From NCBI RefSeq assembly GCF_001194135.2, contig NC_068986.1, positions 15,512,534 through 15,576,533 of the forward strand: DNA of 64,000 nt, in the 5' to 3' direction. Source of the DNA: Octopus bimaculoides (taxonomy: Eukaryota). The notes under the pieces were generated by a model. The model had not been told where the DNA came from. It saw nothing but the letters and a program-made list of their open reading frames with translations, and ran no database searches. Of the stretch, positions 27,122 to 40,429 are shown piece after piece (the stretch's first letter is position 1; each line of letters opens with the position of its first letter). Position numbers and translations under genes: made by a program.

Positions 27122-28175
27122 GGGGAGAGCTGCGAAAATCATTTTGACACAGGACAAACTGCTTAGCGGTATTCACTTTCTGAGGTCAACTTTGACTTTT
27201 GTCAGTTCGGCGTCGATACAAACAGTACTAGTTGTATACTTGGGTCGATGTAATTGACTTGATCCCATCTTGGAATTACTGACCTTATGCCAGAATTTGA
27301 GATTAATATTCCTCATGTGATATATTTTCCTCTTATCAACTTGGGGTCGATAAAATAAGTATCAATTGAATAGTAGTGAGGTTAAAATCCACATGCCCTC
27401 TCCTCAATTTTGCTAGCTTTGTGTTAAAATTCGAAATCAATATTGCTTTTGAGTTTGATATTATGCATTTCCTTTAAAGATTTTAGACTTTTAGGGAATA
27501 AACAGAATATGGAATAAATACGGTGGCTAGCTAGCAGAAACTTTAGCACGCCGGGAGATAATGATTAGCGGTATTTCGTCTTCCGTTTCGTTCTGACTTC
27601 AAATTCCACCGAGGTCAACTTTGCCTTTCATCCTTTCGGGGGTCGATAAATTAAGTACCAGTTACGCACTGGGGTCGATGTAATCGACTTAATCCCTTTG
27701 TCTGTCCTTGTTTGTCCTCTCTATGTTTAGCCCCTTGTGGACTGTAAAGAAATAAGAAACGTTAGCACGCTGGGCGAAAGGCTTACTGGGATTTCGTCTG
27801 TCTTTATGTTCTGAGTTCAAATTCGGCTGATGTCGACTTTGCCTTTCATCCTTTCGGGGTCGATAAATTAAGTACTATTTCTATACTAAGGTCGATCTAA
27901 TCGGCTGTCCCTATCTCCAAAAATTTCGGACCGTGTACCTAGAGTACAAAGTATTATTTTAAGTCGGCAAGCTGGGAGAAACGTTTGCATGCAGGGCGAA
28001 ATTCTTAACGGTATTTCGTCTGTCTTACGTTCTGAGTTCAAATTCCACCGAAGTCGAAATTGCCTTTCATCCTTCGGGATAGATAAATTAAGTACCAATT
28101 GCGCACTGGGCTTGATCTAATCGCCTGTGCCCCTCCCCAAGAACTTTGGGCCTTGTGCTTAGAGTAGAAAAGAAT
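27122..28175 (+). mobile_element. Cluster of five same-orientation SINE family B units (two decayed, then a trimer at 27514-28170)
   Basis: Repeated ctttgcctttcatcctttcggggtcgataaattaagtac core. A 10-bp direct repeat agaatatgga lies at 27504-27513 and 28171-28180. Confidence 0.9.
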
Positions 28176-28529
28176 ATGGAGACAATGTAATATTTTATCA
28201 AACAATTGAAATACTCCACTTACACTGAATCTTTATAAATAGCTTCTTTGATAAATATATGCAATCGACTTGATACTTTTATTGTTATGTTACTCCATTA
28301 AGTATTCAAATTATATAGAAAATTGTTACTGAATTTGAGCATTTAGGGAAAAATCCTTTTGTATTGTTTAATGCAATCGGAATAAATTTTATTCGGAACA
28401 ATTTGAAAATAAAAAAGATAATAGAATTTAATCATCTTTAATTGGTTGTTTCATCGCCACAATGAATTTAAAATTCATATAACATTTGAGGATAAAGTTA
28501 GCTGGAAATGATTATAAATGCGAACACAT

Positions 28530-28670
28530 CTGGATGATTAAAAACTTAGGTTTGCAACCCTGTGGTTTTTTAGTTCGGGTCCAGTGTCTGGCACCTTTAG
28601 CAAGTGGCTTCTATTATAGACCTCGGCCGACCAATAGCTTTTCATGATGGAAATTGTGTGGAAGTGTTTG
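28530..28670 (+). mobile_element. Decayed SINE family A head
   Basis: tagttcgggtccagtgtctggcacctttagcaagtggcttctattatagacctcggccgacca. Confidence 0.55.
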
Positions 28671-28747
28671 CTACACACACACATATGTGTGTGCGTGTGT
28701 GTGTGTGTGTGAGTCTAACGTAACTTCTAACTGAATTATATATATAG

Positions 28748-28958
28748 TATTAATTAATAGTAGGAGATGGATTTCGTATTAGACTTCTATCAGGTACAAC
28801 ATATGATCTGAATCATCAGTCTGGGTCACTTCAGGTACATTGGTAAAAAAATCTCACTAGAGATTTGTAGTGTTGGTTGGCTTGTTATATGACCTCCAAG
28901 TTGGGGAATATACCTAATAAAAATTTAATAAGAAATCCATTCCTACTATAAATTAATA
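28748..28958. repeat. Imperfect inverted repeat, ~38-bp arms
   Basis: tattaattaatagtaggagatggatttcgtatta vs taataagaaatccattcctactataaattaata. Confidence 0.7.
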
Positions 28959-29157
28959 TTATTATCCTAACTGCCACTGCGGAGTTCCTGCAGTAGATGC
29001 AACGGAAGTGTATCACAACTACGGATGAAAATAGGCAACCTAAACCGTGCTGGTGCTCTATTCAACATTTAAACACACCATTCGATTTATACTTATTTGT
29101 GCAAATCATTTACTATATACATACATACATACATACACACACAGACACACAGACACA

Positions 29158-29224
<67 letters not shown>

Positions 29225-29985
29225 GCGCATATGCGCGCATACGCTCATCACGTAGAAATGCGTGCCTTTATCATTGGCTCAATGATATATACTGACGTAT
29301 CTATGAATCTACATTTCTATATTACAGTTCCTCTTTATTTCTTAGTTCGTATTTCTATCATACAGAAGCAGTATTCTAACTTCCAAAATATTCTCCAGAA
29401 TATGCTCAACTCTCTGACATAATACACAATTTTGTATAAGTAGAGATAAGCTGCTCTAATTTCCGTCATTTGTATTTCATTAGATCACTAAATAAACTTA
29501 TGATCTTTACCATTATACAAGCGAAGGAGAATATCTGAAGTTTCATTCGTCAATGTAGACAAAATTTCGGCAGAAGGGACTTAGTAAAAAACTGAGAAAT
29601 AAAGTTACGTTTATCTAAATACTGTCAGGTTTTATCAGTTTTCTTTTTCTTTGCAGTGTCTACACAAGATGGTAACAAGATAAAACAGGCTTAGTGAAGA
29701 TATATTACTAAATAATTTGATATAAAAACTTTACCTATCAAATTACAAACTGCGGCTTGCTGGCGACGATCGCAGTGTGAAATTAACGAGAGTATACTTC
29801 AAAGTAGGCGCTTATACTAAAGGAGTTAACGCAATTTGTAGTCATAAAGATTGATAATTATACATGCAAACAATTCAATGAAGGGACATAAGGGAATTAT
29901 AAAAAAAACAAAACAAAGATGAGCATAGCCCCAATAGTAAATATGTATATATACATGTGTGTGTATGTATATGTACATGTGTGTG

Positions 29986-30023
<38 letters not shown>

Positions 30024-30299
30024 TGAAAGGGTAAAGGTTTATCAATTTATTAATTTATTAATAAATTAACAATTAATAATTTTTACCAAGCCCTTCGGTA
30101 TGTAAACACCATTATCGGTGGAGAACTTACTTAAAAGTTCTTATACATTTATAAACATAATTAAGGGATCAGCAAACAGTTGCTTCACCACATACCGAAG
30201 CTCAGAAATAGCAGCTAAAAAGCTGTCTCCAACAGATAGCATTACTTGTAACTCACAAAGGTAAAACAAGAAGAGAAAACAATGAAAACTAACCAGTCG

Positions 30300-30324
30300 A
30301 AGTTAATCATAGACGCGTTTCTAG
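30300..30324 (-). ncRNA. 3' half of a putative minimal hammerhead ribozyme, truncated by an assembly gap
   Basis: Minus strand reads GAAAC-GC-GUC-UAUGA: core GAAA, palindromic ACGCGU helix III and GUC cleavage triplet. The CUGANGA half would lie in the N-run from 30325. Confidence 0.35.
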
Positions 30325-31326
30325 NNNNNNNNNNNNNNNNNNNNNNNNNNNNNNNNNNNNNNNNNNNNNNNNNNNNNNNNNNNNNNNNNNNNNNNNNNNN
30401 NNNNNNNNNNNNNNNNNNNNNNNNNNNNNNNNNNNNNNNNNNNNNNNNNNNNNNNNNNNNNNNNNNNNNNNNNNNNNNNNNNNNNNNNNNNNNNNNNNNN
30501 NNNNNNNNNNNNNNNNNNNNNNNNNNNNNNNNNNNNNNNNNNNNNNNNNNNNNNNNNNNNNNNNNNNNNNNNNNNNNNNNNNNNNNNNNNNNNNNNNNNN
30601 NNNNNNNNNNNNNNNNNNNNNNNNNNNNNNNNNNNNNNNNNNNNNNNNNNNTTGTTTGTGTGTGTATGTGTGTGTGTGTGTGTGCGTGTGTGCGTGCGTG
30701 CGTGCGTGTGTGTGTGTTTAGGTGTATATGTAGGTGTGTATTTATATGCGCATGTATATGCAGTCACAAATATATATCTATTCATTCATACATTTATGCA
30801 ACTATTCTATAAGTGCATGCTGGCGTGTATGCATATTTATGTGTGTGTTTCCGCGCATGTATCTGATGCCATACCGGTTTCTTGTGTGCCGAACTTTGTG
30901 CCGTGCGTGTGGCCAATAAAGAAAATCTAACTAGCAATTCTCTGCAAATTAAAAAATGTAGATAATCGACAAGAAACTTATCTTCTTACAAACAGGCCAA
31001 GTTTATATCGGAAAATATTTCGAATTCAAATATGCGGTTTTTTTTCCGTTCAGCGTCGACAGGTTTATTATCAAAGCTAAATTGAGTTTCAATAGCATAT
31101 TCGCCGTTCTAATGAAATGCATAAAATTGATCTTATTTATTAAAATATTAGCAAATAACACAGTAAACTACATATATATCAGGGAATGGGAAATAACTAT
31201 CTTCAGCAGTTTTACTATAGTCATTTGTTTGCCTGAGCTCAGGTCATTCTTGCGTAAGAAGACCAACTGCAATAGAGAGGTTTTTGTAAAGATTCTATAA
31301 AATTTTGGAGATGTATTCGTCTAGCA

Positions 31327-31881
31327 CAGAGATTCTCAAACTTTTTCCGGCCACCGCTCCCCTCAAGGCAACATAATAACCTCAGCGCCCACACTTCTAT
31401 TTTTATGTATAAATAAATATTTTATATTTTACTAATTTATATATACTATGAATCATTTAGTATTTGATTTAATATTATGTTATTTGTATAAAATACAGTT
31501 CTAAATTTAAGAGATGAGGCATTATGTACATTATTTACGTTTGACGGATATTTTGTCCGCATCTTGTTTGTTGAAGCTGATATACCCTCCAGCCTTCATC
31601 AGGTGTCTTGCGGAAATTTCGAACTGAAGGCTGGAGGATATATCAGCCGAAACGTTGTTTTAACAACAAACAAGTTGAGGACAAATATCCGTCAAATATA
31701 AATAATGTTGTATAAAATACAATAATAATGTAATAAATTCATAGCGTCCCCCAATCCACTACCTCCATTCCAATGCCTCCTTTTTCTCTATAGCCTCCCC
31801 TGCATCATCCCTTAGACACCTGCGCCCACTTGGACCCTCACAACGTCCATGGGCTGAAGTAGCACCCATTTTGAGAACTTA
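31327..31881. mobile_element. hAT (Charlie-like) MITE interrupted by a family D insertion
   Basis: Ends cagagattctcaaactttt and ttttgagaactta; 8-bp TSD gtctagca/ctctagca of the NTCTAGAN type typical of Charlie-group hATs. Confidence 0.7.
31498..31707. mobile_element. Family D inverted pair (heads deleted, both HHR motifs broken) with 14-bp TSD
   Basis: Minus copy gacacctgatgaaggctggagggtatatcagc lacks GAAACGTT. Plus copy ggctggaggatatatcagccgaaacgttg lacks CTGATGA. TSD ttgtataaaataca at 31484-31497 and 31708-31721. Confidence 0.85.
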
Positions 31882-32639
31882 CTCTAGCATGTTGTTTTAT
31901 CTGAGACGTTGTCTTGAAACCAAACGATTACAGCGCGGACAACACATATTTGATTTTCGAAAACACTCAAGAATTGTTCACTTAAACGATTACTACCTGG
32001 CACCAGAGTCTTCTTCGCATTAATTGGGCCTTGGTACAGAAAGTCGTAGTAGGCGCCATGAACATTTTGACACCAGACAATAAATGGATCAAGTGAGGTT
32101 AGCAGCATTTGTACGATTTTGAACGGCTATTTTATTCCTCGCTGAAATTGTACAAGAAATGTTTGGTCCGTATTAGCAATAAATATATAGAAAATAGAGT
32201 GTATTTTGCGTATTTCGATAACTTCGTATGTCGCTTTTATAAGGATATGGTGATGTTGAAATATTGGTTTCTGTCTTCCTAGATCAAGAAACAGACAAGA
32301 ATATATCTTTATCCGACCACCAGGGACCATTCCCAGTAAATAATATCTTTTTCCTTTTGTTTCATTTGTCATTGGTTTTCGAACATTCTTCGTAGTTTAC
32401 TTGAACAAACCGGCCCCTTCCATACAGTACCTAATTTTGTTGAGCCAAATAATTATGTTATCTTTCTCTTTTGTCATACCGGTTGTCAAACATTGGGGAG
32501 GGGAATAAAAACACAAGGTCACACACAAACACACATACACACCACCATCCATGCTTGCGTCAATATACATAGATGCATGTGTGCATGTATACAAGGGATG
32601 CTTGTGTGTGTTGCGGGCGCGTATGTGGATATATATACA

Positions 32640-32713
<74 letters not shown>

Positions 32714-33555
32714 TTGTATGTATATGGAACAATATAGGTGTGTTGTTATAAGAGGTAAAAAAGGGAGAAAACAAAGGACTTTTCATTAAATTCATGTAAT
32801 TCCTATGATTTTGATTTTACTACTTTTCGGAAAATCTTTCAAAAAAAAAAACAAAAAGAGAAAATTATATTATGACGTCACAAGAACAGCAGAAATTTAG
32901 TAGGAGAAATTTAACGGAGTGAATGTAATTTATATCTTTCATTCGAAAAAGATTTCTACTGCTTCTATCACGACGCCTTGTATCCGACAGCTGAGAATTC
33001 TAAATTAAATTATTACCCACAATCCGTCTTTCAATGTTACACTTATAAAGGAATGGAAATTGTGTTGTAATTTTTCTTTTCTATATAGTTAACATAATGT
33101 TTTTCTATTACGGATGATAAGTTACCGAATGTTCTGAATGGTAAGTAAGGATTTTAGATTCTGCATTGAATATAATCTTCCCACGTAGTGAGACGTTGTA
33201 TTTAGTATATTGTGAAATGAAATATTTTAAGACTTTTTGTTTCTCATTAGCAGATAGTAGTGGGATTAACAATTGTGGGAAGAGAAATGACTGGGTTTAT
33301 TGAAAGTATATATGCTAATCCCATCTGTGGGCATGTTTGTATGTGTGCGTGTGTGTGTGTATGTGTGTGTGAGTCTGTGTGTGTGTTTTATTCTGAATGT
33401 TCTCTTAATTGAATAAATTAACGTTGCATGAATTATGACACAGGCATATATAATTCACGTCTGTCTGTCTGTCTGTCTGTGTTGCTCTCTCTCATTCTCT
33501 GTCTCTCACTCACTTTGTCTCTCTCTCTCACTCTCACTCTCTCATATACGCATAC

Positions 33556-33760
33556 TCTTTTATTCTTTCACTTGTCTTAGTCATTTGACTGCGGCTATGC
33601 TGGAGCATCGCATTCGGAAGAGCAAATCGTGTCCAGTACTTATTCATTGTAAGCCTAGTAATTATTCTATCGCTTATCTTGTGCCAAAACGCTAGGTTAC
33701 GAGGACGTAAAAACACCAGTATCGGTTGTCAAGCGATGTCGGGAGGACAAACACACACAC
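33556..33760 (-). mobile_element. SINE family A, 3' half
   Basis: cagtcatttgactgcggctatgctggagca-like tail...tgtaagcctagtaattattctatc...cggttgtcaagcgatg. Confidence 0.8.
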
Positions 33761-33918
33761 AAACATACACACACGCACAAACACACACACATATCTTTTT
33801 ATCTTTTACTTGCTTCACCGGATTACTCATATGTGTATATACATTTATAGATATATATTAATATATATATATATGCGTGTGTGTGTATGTGTATATATNN
33901 NNNNNNNNNNNNNNNNNN

Positions 33919-33962
<44 letters not shown>

Positions 33963-34007
33963 TTTATATATTTATACATATGTGTATATATGTACATAAT
34001 ATATATG

Positions 34008-35170
34008 TACGATGGTTGCCTGAAAATTTGACGAAGTCACTCTCATGGAATGAGACTAAACATGGTTTATTTTAAAACATAGTCCCCATGCATTCCACAC
34101 TCTTCTTCCATGGCCGTTGTAGTACCTGGATCTCATTGGTAAAGACGCTTTCACCATGTTAGTCAAAAACCTCATGAACAGCAGATATGATGTCATGTTC
34201 ATTGTCATAGTGTTTCAAAGAAGTGTTTTCTTTTCCTTTCATGTTGGGGAACTGATTACACTCAGAGAGGCCAAATCAGGAGAATAAGGAGCTGATGAAT
34301 CAGTTCAAAGTCACTGTCCTGCACAGCAGCCACTGAAAGCAATATCGTGAGTGTTGATCTGATGAACGAAACACTTTTTGTCAATTTTCATGGGAGTTTT
34401 TGTTCATGATAGCCTTTCGTAACTAGCTCAGCAAGTTTGCATAGTACCCTTCACTGATGATGTTGCCCTGTTGAAGACATGTATTAACTAACCACAATGG
34501 CTTTTGTATCTGAAAATACTGAAACCATCACCTCCCCCACAGATGGAGAGTTTTCTTTGGATCAGGAGAGAAGACGTGTTTCCATTTCATCAATTGTCTC
34601 GTTGTCTTTGGCTTCAAGTCATGAATCCAACACTGGTGCTGGCTTAGGAAAAGTCTGACACGCTTTCAGATTTTCCCGTGATGCATCAGCCTGGTTATGC
34701 TTTGGATTAATTGTGAGATAACTTGACAAACATACTGAGCAGAAACCTTTGTCATATTAAGTTCATTGTGCAGAATGATCTGAAGTTTCTCATAGGATAT
34801 GCTTTTAGCACTGACTATTTGATTTATAGTCAATTGCCTCTCCTCCATTAATATCTCATAATCACGATCAATGTCCTCTTCGGTGGTGGCAGTTGTAGAA
34901 ACTCCAGATCATGGATCATCTTCAAGACTCTACTTTCCTCACCTAAATTTAGCTGCTCACTTTTGCTTTGTTGATAAAGCTGGGAAGTCATTCCCTAATG
35001 TAGCAACCGTATATGTCCTTGACGGTTGAACCGTTTTTCTGCATGTATTTGATGCCAGCAGGATGCCAAATGGTGTCCGTTTTTTTTCTTCTGTCCAAGA
35101 GAGAAGTCGTTATTAGTTACTTTCGGTTACTTTCGAAGTCTTCTTTGAACAGTCAGTTTTCAGTTTACCT
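34008..35170 (-). mobile_element. Decayed mariner transposon
   Basis: EERQLTINQIVSAKSISYEKLQIILHNELNMTKVSA, SLEDDP*SG..TATTEEDID, WIHDLKPKTTRQLMKWKH. The left end tacgatggttgcctgaaaa is TIR-like; the right boundary is approximate. Confidence 0.85.
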
Positions 35171-35269
35171 GGAAAATATCAGAGCCGTTATTAATGAGAA
35201 GGGCTGAAATTAATTCATACAAGATTTAACATCTCTAACATCAGTCTTCCGTAGTCAATCTTTTAAAAA

Positions 35270-35380
<111 letters not shown>

Positions 35381-35396
35381 TAGATAGATAGATAGG

Positions 35397-35437
<41 letters not shown>

Positions 35438-35540
35438 GTAACATACATGAAAATATAAATATTATTAAAACAATATTAATTTCGAGGAAGAATAAAGCAA
35501 CATATAGGTGGAATTATAAATATATAAATCAGAATTTACC

Positions 35541-35837
35541 CGAAGTACGGCCATTGCTAGAAATAGCAGCCGGTAAGTTTACGGCGCTATGTAGAGCTTC
35601 ACTGAATATTTACAGGCAGAGATGTGTGCAGGCGATGAATATAGGAACATTCTGACGTAACCTCTACGGAGACCGTAGTTTGAAACTGCATCATCGAGTT
35701 ATCCTGTATTCCTCTAACGGTGTCCGTAGAAGCAAGACAGAATTTTCCTACATTCACCGCCCTCACACATCTCTGCCTGTAAATATTCAGTGAAGCTCTA
35801 CTTACTGGCTGCTATTTCTAGCATTGATCGCACTTCG
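35541..35837. repeat. Foldback containing a decayed hammerhead-like motif (35652-35692, +)
   Basis: The arms include a perfect 38-bp inverted match (35591-35628 vs 35764-35801). The inner motif CTGACGT-AACCT-CTACGG-AGA-CCGTAG-TTT-GAAAC-TGCA-TC resembles CUGACGA/helix II/GAAAC-UGCA-GUC. Confidence 0.75.
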
Positions 35838-36742
35838 TGTACACCTGCTTTATATATATATATATATATATAAATATATATACCTTCATTTGGACATTGC
35901 CAAATTCTTATATTATTCGTTATTACATATTTACCAATCACGTTTTGTTGCCGAGTGAGTCTACTAAAAACTATAAACCACGGCTTAACACAATTTTATG
36001 AGCTTCCAACTTTGTTCTAATAAACTATTATTATTTGAAGATATATGCATGCAAGAGCTAATTGTTATAATATTTCTTTCAATACACAATTTAGTTTAAT
36101 GCGATGAGAAAACAATTGTAATGCTATTCAATTAATTTTCATTATTTCAATATTCTGAAAAGGAGTCCATTACGAGGTCAAATCAATCAATACCAACAGT
36201 TTAATACGATAAATTAAAGAGAGAGATACAATAGATTCAATAAAATATATTTTATTGCACAGTTCATTATATAAATGTTGAAATATTTGTATAATAACGT
36301 CACGCTGGCCTGAGGTGTCTTTTAAAGACCGTGACCTTCTTGGTTGTTCTTCATATATATTCAATGGTCCGGTAGACAGCAAGATAAGAAATGGACAATG
36401 CCGATTGTCTGTAAGCAGCATAGCATTACCATGATATTTCACGCAACATATATGCTAAGTAAGTAAGAATTTTAACTATTTTAGCTTCAACTCCGAAACC
36501 AGTCTGCGTTTCGCTGGAAACGGTTGTCATAAGATTAAATAAAGGCAGGAAAGGTTGTTACTAGTTTTATTCTGTAAAAGAAATAAATTAATATATGCGT
36601 GTATATGCGCAGATATCTTAATTATTTCTTTATTTTATTAAACCACATTACGTACGTACGAATGAATGTATTTACATAAACATTCTTTCATACATGCTTA
36701 CATTCTTCCATATATATGTTTTTGTATCTGTGCACGCGCGAG

Positions 36743-36776
<34 letters not shown>

Positions 36777-36794
36777 TGTATGTATGTATGTATG

Positions 36795-36845
<51 letters not shown>

Positions 36846-37600
36846 NNNNNNNNNNNNNNNNNNNNNNNNNNNNNNNNNNNNNNNNNNNNNNNNNNNNNNN
36901 NNNNNNNNNNNNNNNNNNNNNNNNNNNNNNNNNNNNNNNNNNNNNNNNNNNNNNNNNNNNNNNNNNNNNNNNNNNNNNNNNNNNNNNNNNNNNNNNNNNN
37001 NNNNNNNNNNNNNNNNNNNNNNNNNNNNNNNNNNNNNNNNNNNNNNNNNNNNNNNNNNNNNNNNNNNNNNNNNNNNNNNNNNNNNNNNNNNNNNNNNNNN
37101 NNNNNNNNNNNNNNNNNNNNNNNNNNNNNNNNNNNNNNNNNNNNNNNNNNNNNNNNNNNNNNNNNNNNNNNNNNNNNNNNNNNNNNNNNNNNNNNNNNNN
37201 NNNNNNNNNNNNNNNNNNNNNNNNNNNNNNNNNNNNNNNNNNNNNNNNNNNNNNNNNNNNNNNNNNNNNNNNNNNNNNNNNNNNNNNNNNNNNNNNNNNN
37301 NNNNNNNNNNNNNNNNNNNNNNNNNNNNNNNNNNNNNNNNNNNNNNNNNNNNNNNNNNNNNNNNNNNNNNNNNNNNNNNNNNNNNNNNNNNNNNNNNNNN
37401 NNNNNNNNNNNNNNNNNNNNNNNNNNNNNNNNNNNNNNNNNNNNNNNNNNNNNNNNNNNNNNNNNNNNNNNNNNNNNNNNNNNNNNNNNNNNNNNNNNNN
37501 NNNNNNNNNNNNNNNNNNNNNNNNNNNNNNNNNNNNNNNNNNNNNNNNNNNNNNNNNNNNNNNNNNNNNNNNNNNNNNNNNNNNNNNNNNNNNNNNNNNN

Positions 37601-37636
<36 letters not shown>

Positions 37637-39646
37637 TGTGTGTATATGTATGCATATATGGGTACAGGACTTCACCAACAGTAACCAACATGAAATACGA
37701 AAACAAATGAGTTAAACACTTAAATGAGAGAGAGAAAAAAATGGAAAACAAGACAAGTAACACAAAGAATACATAGAACGATTGTTCATCAGTTGTCGGC
37801 TGTCTATCTACACATACACAAGTACACATCTATTATACCTGCATATAATCACTCACGTCCCAATATTTGTCGTGTATTTAATGGGCAACATTATTTTATT
37901 AGAAACGACGGAAAATAGTCTCACCACGTTAGTGGAATCTATTCCTTGACAGATATAATTATTTAATGATATTTCTAATTAAACACAAACTGTTGTTTAT
38001 TTTCTTTTCAGTGCAGACATGTCTTGCAAATGGAATTTTAAGAACGTAATATTGTGCATTTAATTTGACTGATTACAATATATTGGGTTTTTATGAATTT
38101 GAAAACGAATTTTCGTAAATTTATAGAGACTTATGACGTCATAGATAAAATTACGGAACAACAGTGGATTCGAATTAATTACATTTTATTTCATCGCTAT
38201 TGTGTCTTAATGGCAGTCTGCTGTGTCATTTAAAAAGCTGCAACCTCTCATTTATTCTTCACATCTTCAATGCCTGAACAAACACCAACAATGTGACTAT
38301 ACATTGTTTGTGGATTGTAATGAATATAACTTGATGATGTTTCACCGAAAATATCCGATTGGTAAGTAAGGACTCGTGAGTTTGCAATGAAACCAATCTA
38401 TTTATATAGAAAATTATGGTCTGTCTATTCATTGTTGAATGGGACATTGTTTGATTAAGTCATCTGGCGTTAGATTTATATAAGCATTTGTTAGATTTGT
38501 TGGAAATTGGCAATATCTATGATATTAATTTATAAGAGGGGTTATGAAGAAGAAAAGAAGAAACTGCGGAGGCACTCTATATTTTTCTAGTAGAAATGAA
38601 TAAATATATGAGTGTTTATAGAATATGGGATGAAACTGTAAAATTCTAATTTGTTTTTTTTTTAACATGTAAAACTATATAAAGTACGAGCGGGAATACA
38701 TGTATCTATCTATCTATTCATCTATCTATCTGTCTGTCGGCTGGGTGGGCTCATTAACGTCGATTTGAATAAACCCCTTGTATTATCAAGTCTGTTTACA
38801 ATGAAAAACGAAAGTTATTAATTCATATCACGATTTCACCAGTCAAAGGCCTTCTGGTTGTCAAATTGATGGTGTGTTTAGCAGTCTATATTAGGTACAT
38901 GGGAATATAAAAAAGAAACACCAAAACATGGAACCTACTGAGCATCATACCACGTATGAGGACGGAACTGCATAACGTTCGCTTCGGGAATGTCGTAAGC
39001 GTGTAAAGAGATCTAATATGTTTACCTCAGCTGTCTTTGCAGGGAGGGATTAAACATCAAGACAGACAACTAGATGAATACAGGACATAAATTGAAAGTG
39101 GTTGAGAGAAAAAATGCAAATCACAACTGAAAGGGAAAACACAATAAGAAACTACCCACGAAAAATAAATAGATTTCAATAGCTGCTACTTGTTTAAACA
39201 TTTAGCATTTAAACTGGCTGTATCCGAACCAAATATGTTACCTCATTATTTTCAAACCGGTCAGATCAGGCTCCTTGAAAACAAACGAACACATCATCTC
39301 AAAGCTGCAATATAATGCACGATTAGCTGGAAACAATGGGATTAAGTAAGCAGTAAATTTGAAAAAAAAAAAAATTCTGAATGTTAAAGGATTAAAGACA
39401 TATTTACAAAATAATATTTTTGACGTGGTTTTTGCATGACACCAAAAATTTTGAAAGCAATGTTTCAGTGAGCGTTCCTAATAGTAGAATAGTAAAATGA
39501 AATAAGTTCCGTCAACATTACAGTTTCGTGTCCTACGACTTGTTATGCCGGATAAATGGTTTCCATTACTTATAACGGACTGAAAAATTAAACACTCTAT
39601 TCAATTACACCTGGAGAGGAGCAACGTGAAATATAGCATACATACA

Positions 39647-39680
<34 letters not shown>

Positions 39681-39694
39681 GCATACATACATAA

Positions 39695-39727
<33 letters not shown>

Positions 39728-39776
39728 ATAGAGTTATTAATATTTCTAAGTCTCTCTTATATATATATATACATAC

Positions 39777-39870
39777 AGTGTTGGACTGGGTTTAAAAATG
39801 TTGGCAGCAGCCAGCAGACTGAGGGGGCCTGCCCACTACTACAAGGGGCCCACCCACAATTAAAATACTA
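39777..39870 (+). mobile_element. Possible hAT-type MITE left end
   Basis: cagtgttggactggg...gggggcctgccc...ggggccc resembles CAGTGCCGGA..GGGCCC hAT termini; no right end is visible. Confidence 0.35.
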
Positions 39871-40365
39871 TAATTTAATGATTTTTTTCGGTTAAATGTG
39901 TTTCTTTCAACTGTCTAGAAACACACACAGGCGGAAATAATTAATGCATTATTCCAGAGATGAATAAAAATATTCTCAAACTTGAGGGGATGGGCTCCTT
40001 AGNNNNNNNNNNNNNNNNNNNNNNNNNNNNNNNNNNNNNNNNNNNNNNNNNNNNNNNNNNNNNNNNNNNNNNNNNNNNNNNNNNNNNNNNNNNNNNNNNN
40101 NNNNNNNNNNNNNNNNNNNNNNNNNNNNNNNNNNNNNNNNNNNNNNNNNNNNNNNNNNNNNNNNNNNNNNNNNNNNNNNNNNNNNNNNNNNNNNNNNNNN
40201 NNNNNNNNNNNNNNNNNNNNNNNNNNNNNNNNNNNNNNNNNNNNNNNNNNNNNNNNNNNNNNNNNNNNNNNNNNNNNNNNNNNNNNNNNNNNNNNNNNNN
40301 NNNNNNNNNNNNNNNNNNNNNNNNNNNNNNNNNNNNNNNNNNNNNNNNNNNNNNNNNNNATATAT

Positions 40366-40396
<31 letters not shown>

Positions 40397-40429
40397 TAGA
40401 TATATATATATAAATGGACCTAATCGGAG

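Noticed and set aside
27520-28175. Regularly spaced repeats that look like a CRISPR array (also 21730-22257)
   Set aside because: Units are ~200-bp tRNA-headed SINE bodies with dispersed copies elsewhere; there are no unique spacers or cas genes, and the context is eukaryotic.
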